Shown here one piece after another: positions 51,232 through 63,761 of a stretch of 64,000 nt of DNA. Within the stretch, counting starts at the first letter, position 1. Each line of letters opens with the position of its first letter. The notes under the pieces were generated by a model that ran no database searches, was not told the origin of the DNA, and saw only the letters and a list, made by a program, of their open reading frames with translations. The stretch covers positions 190,911,555 to 190,975,554 of the forward strand of contig NC_068981.1 of the NCBI RefSeq assembly GCF_001194135.2, read 5' to 3'. The translations under genes and the position numbers were made by a program. The DNA comes from Octopus bimaculoides (lineage: Eukaryota).

Positions 51232-51769
51232 NNNNNNNNNNNNNNNNNNNNNNNNNNNNNNNNNNNNNNNNNNNNNNNNNNNNNNNNNNNNNNNNNNNNN
51301 NNNNNNNNNNNNNNNNNNNNNNNNNNNNNNNNNNNNNNNNNNNNNNNNNNNNNNNNNNNNNNNNNNNNNNNNNNNNNNNNNNNNNNNNNNNNNNNNNNNN
51401 NNNNNNNNNNNNNNNNNNNNNNNNNNNNNNNNNNNNNNNNNNNNNNNNNNNNNNNNNNNNNNNNNNNNNNNNNNNNNNNNNNNNNNNNNNNNNNNNNNNN
51501 NNNNCTGATAGTTAGCAAGGTGAGACACACATAAGAAGGAAGGAAACAAAGGACCACTGATGAGGTCACAGAAGTGTGACAAAAGAACTCTGGCCGAAAT
51601 AAAATTAAGATTAATGTAATATAAAGCTGAAGCAAATTAACACCAAATATACAGTGTGTGTGTTTTTATTGGCTAAACTGGCAATATGACCATCCCCAAG
51701 TACAACAACATCTGTTTCAACACACGATTTCACATCAAAAATCTTGCAAAACAAATATATATATATATA

Positions 51770-51935
51770 TATACGACGGGTTTCTTTCAGTTTCCATCTA
51801 CCAAATCCACTCACAAGGATCGGCCAGAGATTATAGTAGAAGACACTTACCCAATGTGCCATGCAGTGGGACTGAACCCAGAACCATGTAGTTGGTAAAT
51901 GAGCTACTTACCACACAGCCACGCCTGCACCTATT
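51770..51935 (-). mobile_element. SINE family A, 5' half
   Basis: gggtttctttcagtttccatctacc...ccacacagccacgcctgcacc. Confidence 0.82.
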
Positions 51936-52485
51936 ATATATATATATTACTTTCTAGATTACGAAATGAAAGAAGGGTTCATTAGCATGTTCCTCATACT
52001 AACCTCAGGTCCGTCCTAATTAAGCAGAGCTTTGAGCACCAATATTCTAGCTGTGACCATTCCCAGTTCATTTCTGACACATGGCAGTTTATCTAGAGGA
52101 GGGATTTCAAAGAAATCTAACTCATTATTACTTCTGCTAAAAAAAATGCATGCTACAATAACTGAACAGACCTTCTTTTTCCTTGATGCAATTTTTGTTT
52201 CTTCTCTAAAAATTCTTTAAAATATTGATTACATTTGAAAAGTAATAGAAAAGTTTCATATCAACTCATAATTATACATAATCAAATTAGCTACTGCACA
52301 TTATTCATTGATCAAATTAATTAGTATCATTTTTAGAATTAAGGCCCTTCTCTTCGTTCATATTTACCTACTTTAAAAATAACTTTTAGATATTTCAAAA
52401 TTGCATTTTTTCCAACATATTCATAGATCATCCAGTTTTAAACTGAAGCAAGTTTGTCTCATTTTTCTCTAAATTCCCCCTTCAG

Positions 52486-52517
52486 GCTGTATGTTCTTTG
52501 GTTAGTTTGGAATCTGA
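52486..52517 (+). other. Candidate 32-bp micro-exon
   Basis: tttttctctaaattcccccttcag|GCTGTATG...TCTGA|gtgagt; two frames open (AVCSLVSLES or LYVLWLVWNL). Confidence 0.2.
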
Positions 52518-54461
52518 GTGAGTTTTTCAATTTTATTAAGATAATATTTATTTTTAAAAAATTGAATTAAATATAATGTAGTTTTACATTATACGTAAGT
52601 AAATTTAATCTGTTGTTACAGCTTCGTTAATTTAATGAAGTTCGTTTAAAAGTATAAAAGTAACATTTTAATGTTTATGTAATTTTTAATTTCATAGAGT
52701 AAGCTTTACTAATTGTCAATGATGAAGTTAGCCCCAGGAGTGCTTTGATTAAGCAGGCTTCTCATCATCATGCCTTGTTATACATTTGAGGTATCCAGGA
52801 CTATACAATCCTGTACGTCTTACCTTCTTTTTTATATGATACTTTACAGGCATGGCCGTAGATTCAGAGGTCACTTCATAACCATATGGCTTCAGGTTCT
52901 ATCCCACTGCATGGCATTTTGGCCAGATATCTTCTACTGTAGCCTTAGGCTAACTACTGCTTTGTGAATGGAATTGGTAGCTGGAAACTGTATAGATGCT
53001 TTTTTGTGTGTGTGTATGCACACACACACACTCACATGTACATCACATTGCTGAACAAAAAATGGTGGCACCAAGATTTCCTATAAACATGTCCTGTTTA
53101 CTTCTAAAACAACTTGGTGACCAGAAGGGCATCAAGCCATAAAATACTGTCTCAAAAGAATCTTTGTCCAACTCAAGCCAGCAAAAAAAAAGACAGCATA
53201 AAACAAATGGAACATCTAGGCATTTTCTGAGGGAGATTTGGCTATTATTTCTAGGTTGAGCTACCCCATAGTGACTTCTCTCAGTGATTTGGCTTGTTAG
53301 TTTTATACAGACATTCTGATCTAATATGTCAGATATTTCCTTTTTGTTTCAAGTGAAATTAAACATGGAATACTTTTATACTGTTAATTGAAAGGCCTCT
53401 TAATTTCCTACATGTTATAGATTTTAAATGTTTTAAATTTATTAGAATATTAAACATGTGCTGAATGTATTCGCTGTTTGATGACTCTGGTTCTATATAG
53501 CAGTGAGATATGATCAGAGATGCAGAGTTTCAGTGTTTTGATCATTGTTTAGAAAATAATTTTTACTTATAAAACCGCATATTGTAAGGATGGATGGATG
53601 GATGGTACGTTTTATAGCTTTGATCTTTTGAAAATTTTATAACATTGAAAACATTGCTAGTTATTTAAAAACAAAAACAAAACGAAAACTTATTAATTTT
53701 TGAAGCAGTGTTTTTGTTACTCTGTGTTATTGCAAAACTTGAATGAATGTAATCGGCATTTTAAATATTTACAGCTGTCTAATAAAGTTATAAAAGTAGT
53801 AAAATAAAAAGAAATACTTTTTAAAAAAGGAAGAGTTATTTTCATAATTTTAGTCTCTTAGGTTCTGATATGTTTTCCAAATTTATATTGGAATGTAATT
53901 TAGAGAGTGATTTGTTTTTTGTATTATTTTTGTTGTAAAAATTCCTCAAGAATGATTACAATGGTAGTCTTTGACATTACATTCCCATGTCCTGGGAATC
54001 TTTTTTTTTTTCTTATTTTTAATGGGATTTAAAAACAAAAAAAGTCCATAAAACTGGAATTTATATCTAATCTTTCATAATAATTAAGTAAATAATCTGT
54101 ATTACTTAAAGTAGATTAATAATAAATGGTTTGCTAAATTTACATATGATTTTATTTTTAAATCTTTCACACTGAAAATGTTTAACTAGGAAAGAAAAAT
54201 ATTAAAGTATATTGGTAAAATTTATACAATGAGCTGCTTATGTGTAAAAGAAAACTAGATATGTTCTCTACAAATTATGTTTAGGCAAAAATGTATTCAA
54301 AAGTATTTGTATAAAATATATGCAAGGCTGGTTCTTTTATGTAATAACCAACATTTTATAGATTATTCTAATCATTTCAGATAGTTTCTTTATTAGTGAG
54401 ACTCCATGTGAAAATAGTTCGTTTATTTTCTGTCTATTTTCCATGCTGTCATAGTGTAGGC

Positions 54462-55085
54462 CAGTGGTTCTCAACTGAGGACCATATGGCCCCAGGTGGG
54501 GTCCATATAATGTTTTTGGGTGTCCACACTAGCAAAATAGTAAATTAGGAATCCACAGTAATATTTTAAGGGCCAATGGAAAGTTTTGATTTAAATCAGT
54601 GGTTCCCAGACATTTTTGGTCAGCCACTCCCTTGACACCCAGGCCACATTCCTAGTGCCCCCACCCCAACTAACCATCACAAACATAGACCTCTTTCTGA
54701 AGCAAATTCAAAGCAACTGTATTTAACAAATAAAACTTAACCTAATGAACCCATTATTTTGTTGTTTTTACATGAATTGCTACCCCATTATTGCCCCACT
54801 TTTCTTCAACACTCCCTTGGAATTTTCCACCCCGCCCCAGGGGAGCAATACCGCCCACTTTGAGAACCACTGATTTAAATGTATGTATTGCAAGGAGCAT
54901 CTAGGTCTCTTTCTCTAACATCTTACATAGTTCAGCCTACACAAGTTAATGGATGAATAGCAAAATAAGAATCTTGAAATAACATCTCAAAAATTAGTTT
55001 TTAAACATCAAATAGTTGTAGGGGTCCACCAGAGTAAAATAGTAGATAAAGTGGTCCAAAGGTGAAAAACGGTGGAGAACCACTG
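54462..55085. mobile_element. hAT-type MITE (outer)
   Basis: Ends cagtggttctcaac and ggagaaccactg; TSD degenerate. Confidence 0.75.
54597..54872. mobile_element. hAT-type MITE (inner, nested)
   Basis: Ends cagtggttccca and tgagaaccactg; perfect 8-bp TSD atttaaat at 54589-54596 and 54873-54880. Confidence 0.9.
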
Positions 55086-55617
55086 TGATAGATATATATA
55101 TTATATACGAGGCATTGTTTTACAGCCAGATGCTCTGCCAGTTGTTAATCCTTGCAAGTAAGGGGTTATTATTTTTTTTTTTTAATATTCCTCATTTCTT
55201 TACATGCACAAAACCAGCAGACAATCTGTTGCCAGGAAAAACAACATTACTACTTTCTAGATCTGCAATTTTCAGAGAAACACTAATGTAATATATACAA
55301 TCATACATGCACACATATGCACATGCTCTCTCTCACTCACATACACACACACACACGGCTTCTTTCAGTTTCTGTCCTGTCCACCAAATCCACTCATAAG
55401 GCTTTGGTTGGCCCAGAACTAGAGCAGAAAATAGCTTACAATGGGACTGAACCCCAAAAGCACATGATCAGGAAGGCATATGTACAAACATAGCCTGTTA
55501 CATTCTCTCTAAGATTCTGTAAATCATTTATCTTCCAGATCTATGATGCCAGATGAAGACCATTTTTCACAAATGCATTAATATAGAAAAATCATGCATA
55601 TACTTATATAAATCTGC

Positions 55618-55654
<37 letters not shown>

Positions 55655-55664
55655 NNNNNNNNNN

Positions 55665-55700
<36 letters not shown>

Positions 55701-56402
55701 CTATATATATATATGTATATATATATACACACATCCATGCAGTAATCAATACAGTAAGTAAAAAGTCTAGCATGTTCGATATAAAGTTGAGATAGAATCT
55801 CTTATTTTGGTGCTGTATATAATATATTGTCCCTTTCTTGTAAAGAAAATTCTTGGCAACGTTATAGAATTCGGCATGTAACACACTATTGAGGTTTATT
55901 AAAATATTTTCTTTTTCCTCTGAATAAAGCTACATGAATGTTTCATGGTTAATATTATTGTACCAAAGTATGTCACATATTACTTTGCTCTCTTTTTTTT
56001 TTACCTCCATCATACATATTTTAGATCTCAGTGGAATTAGACCCTTTATTAGATGTAGTTTCAGAACTTTATGATGCAATATTTTACCTATTATCTTTCC
56101 GTGACTGTATTAAACTATATTTGTTATACTGAATATTTTCTGTTGGAAACCATGTGCACATCAATTCTTACATTTAACTACAAGTGTTTTAATAGATTAT
56201 GTGTTAAACATTCAATCATATTCTAAGCATATTTCTTTCTCGTAGTAACAGAATTGGGTTGATATTGATTTACTTCTTTCCTCCTTAGAAACTTTAGATT
56301 TTTTTCCTCTCTACAAAAGGGAAATATTGGCACTGTTTATGTCTTTTTGTGAGGAAGTCACTACGAAACTTTGAAAAGAAATATTGTGCAAAAATATATT
56401 CT

Positions 56403-56450
<48 letters not shown>

Positions 56451-57071
56451 TCATATATGCTAGAATTATTTGGCAGCAACAAGGTAAAACAACTATCTCC
56501 TAAAATTATTTTATTTAATGTTATATATTGACTTGATAAAGAATTTAGTTGGCAGTGATTGTGAATTTTAAAATAGAAACGCTGAGAAAAGTTCCCCAAA
56601 CACAGACATGAGAAATTCAAGGGAATCCGGCCAAGACTATGCTTACTAACCTAAACAAAAAGCAAACAAGGAAAATATATTTTGAATTATTCATGACCAT
56701 AAAGCTAATATCTCTGTTTTACTTTTGCATTGAAGACATTATTTCATTCATTAAATACTTAAATCATAGCTAATTGTATGTCTATCTTCACCTAGTTACT
56801 TGTTCGTTATGTATGTAACAGGATTTGTCAAGATTTGCTTCTCAGGCCTCCAAGACATACATACAGAATCCTTGGAGTGTTCTTTTCCTATTTTATGGTT
56901 TGTTAGGTGAAGGACAGTGCACTTTGTCTTTTGCAGAACTTCTAAGTCTAGGACAGTGATAGAAAAGGAAGTGTATCCCTCAGATGGGAGGCCTCATCTG
57001 AATGCTTGTAACCCTAGGGTACATTTAGTGAACTCCTCTGAAGGTATACAAGAGCCAGGTGATGGCATTAA

Positions 57072-58143
57072 CTCTTTAGCATTTAAATCAGATGTATGAG
57101 GCCTAAGTATTTTATTTTCATGTTCAAACTGGACAGATATGGCCTCTCACACCTGTCCTACAATGTCATTCTAAAACAATCACATCATATAAATCTCAAA
57201 GCTATGAGAGAGACATCATCATCATCATCATCATCGTTTAACGTCCGCTTTCCATGCTAGCATGGGTTGGACGATTTGACTGAGGACTGGTGAAACCGGA
57301 TGGCAACACCAGGCTCCAGTCTGATTTGGCAGAGTTTCTACAGCTGGATGCCCTTCCTAACGCCAACCACTCAGAGAGTGTAGTGGGTGCTTTTACGTGT
57401 CACCCGCACGAAAACGGCCACGCTCGAAATGGTGTCTTTTATGTGCCACCCGCACAAGCCAGTCCAGGGGCACTGGCAACGATCTCGCTCGAAAATCCTA
57501 CAGGAGCCAGTCAGGCGGTACTGGCAACGGCCACGCTCAAAATGGTGCATCTCATGTGNNNNNNNNNNNNNNNNNNNNNNNNNNNNNNNNNNNNNNNNNN
57601 NNNNNNNNNNNNNNNNNNNNNNNNNNNNNNNNNNNNNNNNNNNNNNNNNNNNNNNNNNNNNNNNNNNNNNNNNNNNNNNNNNNNNNNNNNNNNNNNNNNN
57701 NNNNNNNNNNNNNNNNNNNNNNNNNNNNNNNNNNNNNNNNNNNNNNNNNNNNNNNNNNNNNNNNNNNNNNNNNNNNNNNNNNGTTCCCTCAACTGTTAGG
57801 GTGTGGCACTTTTTCACGCAGCTATCCTCCTCCATTCTCACCACATGTCCATACCAGCGCAATCGTCTCTCTTGCACGCCACAACTGATGCTTCTAATGT
57901 TCAGCTTTTCTCTCAAGATACTTACACTCTGACGGGTATTCACATTGACATTACACATCCAACGGAGCATACTGGCTTCATTCCTTGCGAGCTTACGTAT
58001 GTCCTCAGCAGTTACAGCCCATGTTTCACTGCCATGTAGCATGGTTGTTCGTACGCATGCGTCATACAGTCTGCCTTTTACTCAATTCAAAACAGTGTTG
58101 ATAAATAGGGATTACATTTAACAGTAATCTGGATGCTAAGGGG
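57072..58143 (-). mobile_element. piggyBac-type MITE, family 1, interrupted by an RTE LINE
   Basis: ttaa|ctctttagcatt at 57068-57083 and gatgctaagggg|ttaa ending at 58147; halves at 57072-57214 and about 58083-58143. Confidence 0.8.
57215..58082 (-). mobile_element. 5'-truncated RTE-clade LINE
   Basis: Stop-free VKGRLYDACVRTTMLHGSETW...ERRLRWYGHVVRM (57783-58080), gap, then family B 3' UTR and (GAT)n tail. Confidence 0.9.
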
Positions 58144-58216
58144 TTAAGCCTGACTATAGATTAGGCCTACTTAATCCATATCCATATCTGTATTTCAGTA
58201 ATATTATGTCAATTAG

Positions 58217-58251
<35 letters not shown>

Positions 58252-58329
58252 TAAATTCATATTTCTACACAGGATACAATGGTTTTGTTGAAGTAATTGA
58301 TCTTATGATTGCTACCTGTTGTCAGTCAT

Positions 58330-58625
58330 CCAACATGGAGCAAATATCTATGCTTCATATTCATGGAAATAGTTTTGAACTCCATCCAGTCCACACTGTA
58401 AAGTGGTTGGCATTTGGAAGGGCTGTAAAAACCATGCCAGAACTGACCTCACCTGTGCTGGTTCCACATATAATGCACTCAATCAACTCTGTGGGGTGGT
58501 TGGTTTTAGGAAGGGCATCCAGCCATAAAAATCATGCCAGTCTTCCGACTGGCCAGCTCCTGTGAAATCGCCCAACCCATGCCAGCATGGAAGGTGGGTA
58601 TTAAACGATGACAATGGTGATGATG
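58330..58625 (+). mobile_element. Family B copy with partially duplicated core
   Basis: Two gtggttgg...ggaagggc segments, tail ttaaacgatgac. Confidence 0.65.
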
Positions 58626-58729
58626 ATGAACTATGCAGTATATAATCCCTCACCTCAACATCACAACATTGTGTCTCATTGATTAGAATAAAATCTCAAG
58701 AACTATATTGTCAATAGACTGGATATAGT

Positions 58730-58767
<38 letters not shown>

Positions 58768-59849
58768 CGTACGTACACGTATGAATGTACGTATGTATGT
58801 GCATGCGTTTGTGCATGTGTGTGTGTGCACGTGCGTGTGTGTGCACGTGCGTGTGCGTGATGTCTGTTACTCCCTTTTAAGCAATGTCATTACTCTTAAA
58901 CATGAGTAAGACAGATGTGGCCTTTCAGTCCTTCTAGGGACCTGCACACTTTTGCACAGGTGTGGCAATACTGGGCACCACCTGCAAAACGTGCTCAAAG
59001 AGCTGACCACTCATGCTGATATATGCTTTCATCTGTCATGGAATTTTTCATTGAGTGTTTTGCCTCTTTCAGCTTCAGCCAGCCATCACATACAACATGT
59101 AATAAAAATGCTAACCATCAGACAATGTCTGTGTCTAAAAGTTTTTAATGTAAGTTGCACAGAGCCAGTCCCACTCTTTAAACAATGTAAGCATTTGGCC
59201 AAAAAGAAAAACTAGTCTACATCATTGGATGCAAATAGATTCAAGAGTTATATCAGATTTGTCCTTCTCCTAGAGAAATGGCTAAACAAAGACCAAGGGT
59301 GTCGCACTCCCAGCTGTTGGATGGTTATTAATTCAACTGAGTTCATTTCACAGGTTTTTGTTTTTCACTCTGCTGGGTGTCCAGTGAAAACCACCCTCCT
59401 TATGAAGCAGTTTTAGTAAGGTTACTGGTTTCGTAACTGATGGTCTGACTATGTTACATGTTACTACTAATACTAAAAATGACCTGACATTGCACACACA
59501 CATCTCTCTCTCCTTCTCTCCTCCCCCTCTCTTTCTCTCTCCATATCTCTCTCTCTCCATCTCTCTCTCTCTCTCTCTCTCTAAAGCAGTAATTATCATA
59601 CGAGTTAATTATCAATTTTTGCAGATGGGAAAAATAGTACCAACTAAAATAATCCTGGAGAATCCATATTTCATGCATCTTCATAAACTTTCAATTTATT
59701 CCAAGAGAAAAAATATGTTTTGAAGGTCATTGAATTTAATATGTTCTGTTATTAAGGTCAGTGACTTTAATAACATATTTTCTGTTTGGATCAATTTAAT
59801 TAATTATGGAATGTGGATACCAAAAAGTGTGCAAAAATGAAATCTTAAA

Positions 59850-60260
59850 TTCTTCTATCCTTTTACTTGTTTTGTTGATTGGACTGCGACCATGCTGGGG
59901 CACTGCCTTGAACTGTTCAATCAGTCAGACGGAACCCAATACTTAATTTTCTTTTTAAGTTTGATATTTATTCTGTCTCTTTTGCTTTGCCATTAAGTTA
60001 CAGAGAGATAAACAAACTAACACCAGTTGTTAACCAGTGGGCAGGTACAGGGACAATCACAAAGACATGCACATGCCGACATATACATTCATGCATGTGA
60101 CAGGCTTCCACACAGTTTCTGTCTACCAAATTCATGTCATAAAGCATTAGTTGGCCCAGAGCTGTTGTAGATGTTTGCTCAAAGCATTGCACAGTGGGAC
60201 TGAACCCTAATCCATATGGTTGCAAAGTCACCTTAACCAAACAATCATACCTACACCTAG
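59850..60260 (-). mobile_element. SINE family A (old)
   Basis: ttttacttgtttt...catgctggggcactgcc...cagtgggactgaaccc. Confidence 0.7.
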
Positions 60261-60581
60261 AAATGCTAACCTTCAGCACCAGTTAACTGTAAATATCCTG
60301 CTATTTCCCTTTCATTTATAAATTACTAGAATAGGCATATATCACATTTTGCAGAGCAAGAACAGTCAATTAAAATGACTCCCTGTGATTAGTATAAGCT
60401 TATTCTATCATATACCTCAACCTCAGCAGCTTCAGTTACTATTTCACCTGTTTCTCTTGCCACAATATGGTTATTTCTCCAACACTAGAAGAGTTTTGTA
60501 CCTATGACCCTGTTCCATAATGTGTCTGTGAAGCTCCTCTTGATCTGAACTCTTGCACAATCTGTTTTTGTATCTCTAGAG

Positions 60582-60766
60582 CAATGTTTCTGAACCTTTT
60601 TAATATCTGAGCCAGATCCAAAATCTGGGGATTTTTAGAGGGCTGCACAAAAAAAAAGAAAGAAAATAAAAGCAAGTCAATTAAAGAAAAATTTATTATA
60701 TTTATAGAAGAAAGATTATCAAGGGCTGCTGGAAGGATACTTGAAGGCCACATTTGAGAACTAATG
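60582..60766 (+). mobile_element. hAT (Charlie-like) MITE with perfect TSD
   Basis: caatgtttctgaac...ttgagaactaatg; 8-bp TSD ctctagag at 60574-60581 and 60767-60774. Confidence 0.85.
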
Positions 60767-61376
60767 CTCTAGAGGCTTTCTAGACCTACTTTCATCGTTA
60801 CTGTAAGAGCTCTTCAGAAAAGCAGTGTGGAGAAACAACCTTCTTTTGTTTAGCAATTATTAATAAATAGAAACTTTACTTCTTAGCTTCAGTTGTTTCT
60901 GAAATACCTGATTAATAAACTTCCAACTATCACAGATGAAAGAGATAAAAAGAATTAAGTTTCATATTAAAAAAATATATATTTATATATATATACATTT
61001 ACTTTTCTTTCGGCTGATGTCTCAGGTTAAATTCTTTGTGGATTCCTATTTGACAGTTGTTTTACAAATTTTATATTTACATTAAGTTTAATAAGTTATA
61101 TAACTTTATTTTGTTGTGATTTTGTGGTATTCTAATTGTCATATCATTTTCGTTTGATTTTACCAATTTAGTTTTACATTTCATTTTAGTTACTTTAATA
61201 TATTCATCTGCTTTTTAGTGTATCAATGTGAATACACCATTGGCTTGTCTCATGTCTTAGAATCTTCAAAATAGTGGTTGTGATATGAAATGAGAACAAA
61301 CTGCATTCATAAAATTTCAATTTCCGTATATTTTTTATAAGCTGCAACAAAGTATCGGCAAATGAAGTTTATAAAT

Positions 61377-61607
61377 GGTGATATTACACTTAGATTTCAC
61401 TGTTCTGCTATTAAAAAAGGTGATAATACATGTAAATTTCACTGTTCTACTATTAAAAATGCATAATCACACTTAGATTTCACTGTTCTACTATTAAAAA
61501 AGGTGATATTACACATTTTACTGTTTCACCATCAAAAAGGTGATATTACATTGAAATTTTACTGTTCTACTATCAAAATGATGATATCACTCATAGATTT
61601 TGCTGTT
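61377..61607. repeat. About 41-bp minisatellite, about 6 units
   Basis: Unit ggtgatattacacttagatttcactgttctactattaaaaaa. Confidence 0.9.
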
Positions 61608-61699
61608 GATTGGCATATATTAGTGTTTCAATTTATGATGCATTATTGTCTTATTTGATTAATTTACATGGCACTGTATCTGTTATTAGTAGCCGCTGT

Positions 61700-61910
61700 T
61701 AAGGTAGCAAGCTGGTAGGATCGTTAGCACATTGGGTAAACTGCATTTCATCTCATTACCTTCTGATTTCAAATTATGCCGAGGTTGCCTTTTCCTTTCA
61801 TCCTTTCGGGGTTAATAGACTAAGTTCCAGTTGAATACTGGGGGTCAATGTTATCGATTTATACCCTCCCCAACATTGCTGGCCTTGTGCCATAACTTTA
61901 AATCATTATT
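61700..61910 (+). mobile_element. SINE family E
   Basis: aaggtagcaagctggtaggatcgttagc...cctttcatcctttcgggg. Confidence 0.7.
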
Positions 61911-61932
61911 AGCAACTATTCTTTATTATCAA

Positions 61933-62374
61933 GTTGCAGGAGTAGTTGTGTGGTAAGAAGCTTGCTTCCCCTTGTGGGCAATAAAGAAATAAGAAGCTTG
62001 CTTCCCAACCACATGGTTCTGGATTCAGTCCCACTGCATGGCACCTTGAGCAAGAGTCTTCTACTATAGCCTCAGGCCAACCAAAGACTTGTGAGTGGAT
62101 TTGGTAGACAGAAACTGAAAGAAGCTTGTCGTATATATATATTATATTATATTATATTATATTATATTATATTACAGGCATTACTACACGTAAATGCCTC
62201 ACGCTATGAGGGACTCTTAAAGTCAAAACTACCTTAATAAATATACAGTGTACCGACAACGAGGGAATATAACTTGGAAGTCACCTCTTAAAAACAGATT
62301 CAGCCGCAAATCACATGATTTCATAGTTAGTGTACATAATCCACTTTCTAATCATCAGACACACAAACATATAC

Positions 62375-62447
<73 letters not shown>

Positions 62448-62600
62448 TCCCTGTAACTTAGTGGTTCGGCCAAAGAGACTGATAGAATAAGTACTAGGCT
62501 TACAAAGAATAAGTCCTGGGGTCGATTTATTTGACTAAATGTCGGTGCTCCAGCATGGCCGCAGTCAAATGACTGAAACCAACAAAAGAATAAAGAAAAG
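61933..62600 (+). mobile_element. SINE family A carrying two secondary insertions
   Basis: Head 61933-62130 (19-bp insert at 61971-61989), foreign block 62135-62370, tail to about 62600. Confidence 0.85.
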
Positions 62601-63004
62601 AAAGAATGTTACTTTTTAGTTTGCTCCTTCCAAATCTACATAAATATATATACTTAACCTAACATTAAATTATTCTTGAGGGAATGACAGTTGAATGTGA
62701 AACTAATCATATTATAGCAACTGGTTGACAGGCATTGATGCATACATAGCATTCTTGTTGCTAAGAAGGGTTTCTGTTCAGTGAAATATAACTTAAGATT
62801 ATAATCGCACATTATGACAATAACCAACAAATCATATTGTTTGGGCTCTATGATCCGATCTGCCATTGAACTTCTTTTATTGCTGTGTTTTAAAAGTGCC
62901 TTGTCAAAAAACTGTTGTTTATTTTCTTGATCTAAATTCTCATAAAATATGGTGTCTGATAATAACGTATCTATTCATTCTTAATGGATCTGTTCACTCT
63001 GGCA

Positions 63005-63230
63005 AAGGTGGTACACTGGCAGGATCGTTGGCTTACTGGGAAAAATGCTTAGTGGAATTTTGTCTGTCTTTATGTCCTGAGTTCAAATTCTGCCGAGGTC
63101 AGCTTTGCTTTTTGTCCTTTCAGAGTCAATGAAATAAGTACCAGTTGAGGACTGAGGTTGCTTTAATCAACTTACACCCCACGGCCAAAAGAATAATTTC
63201 TGGCCTTGTGCCAAAATTCAAAATCAGTAT
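63005..63230 (+). mobile_element. SINE family E
   Basis: aaggtggtacactggcaggatcgttggc...gagttcaaattctgccgagg. Confidence 0.75.
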
Positions 63231-63551
63231 TCATTCTGGCAGCATCAAATGTGAATAGCTAATCACTTTTGCTTTCAGGAGCTGGAGAATGACTCTTCCC
63301 ATCAGACAACATGTTCATAACACATGGGATTTACCCCTTCACTGATGTAAGGGGTCTTTGAGATACCAGTCTTCTTTTTGTGAGATTCAACAGTCCAGCC
63401 ATGGGGTAGCTTTGACTGAGGAGACATACAAGATTGAAACACCACAATCTCTCAAAATCTTCTCATACTGGTGAACTATGTGTTATGAACACATTACCTG
63501 AAGGGAAGGGGCATTCTCTGGTGATGAAAAACATCATCAACCAAATATTGA

Positions 63552-63761
63552 CCCTTTAGCATTACTGTGACGTAATGCTTATTTATTCACATTGTCTTGA
63601 ATTAATCATGCATTATTTGATAGCTTCAACATTTCAATAGTGTGGTTGTTTATTTTTAGAATGACATTATAGGTTAAGTGTGAGAAGCTGGATCTGACCC
63701 GACTGAACATAAGACAGGCAGAATCTTTGGGCTGGATGTGGCTGGTTTAAATGCTGAAGGG
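63552..63761 (+). mobile_element. piggyBac-type MITE, family 1
   Basis: TIRs ccctttagcatt and aatgctgaaggg; degenerate TTAA flanks. Confidence 0.75.

Noticed and set aside
58735-58860. Long purine-pyrimidine alternation (possible Z-DNA), also 44190-44453
   Set aside because: Degenerate (TG/CA)n tracts are ubiquitous in this window
16550-59720. Other plus-strand acceptor-flanked frames (near 16558, 17616, 24218, 33440, 49141, 54378, 55541, 59073, 59626)
   Set aside because: Weak donors or early stops, no consistent phase chain and no recognisable protein; expected by chance in AT-rich DNA
61377-61607. CRISPR-like regular spacing
   Set aside because: Contiguous tandem units with no unique spacers, in a eukaryotic context
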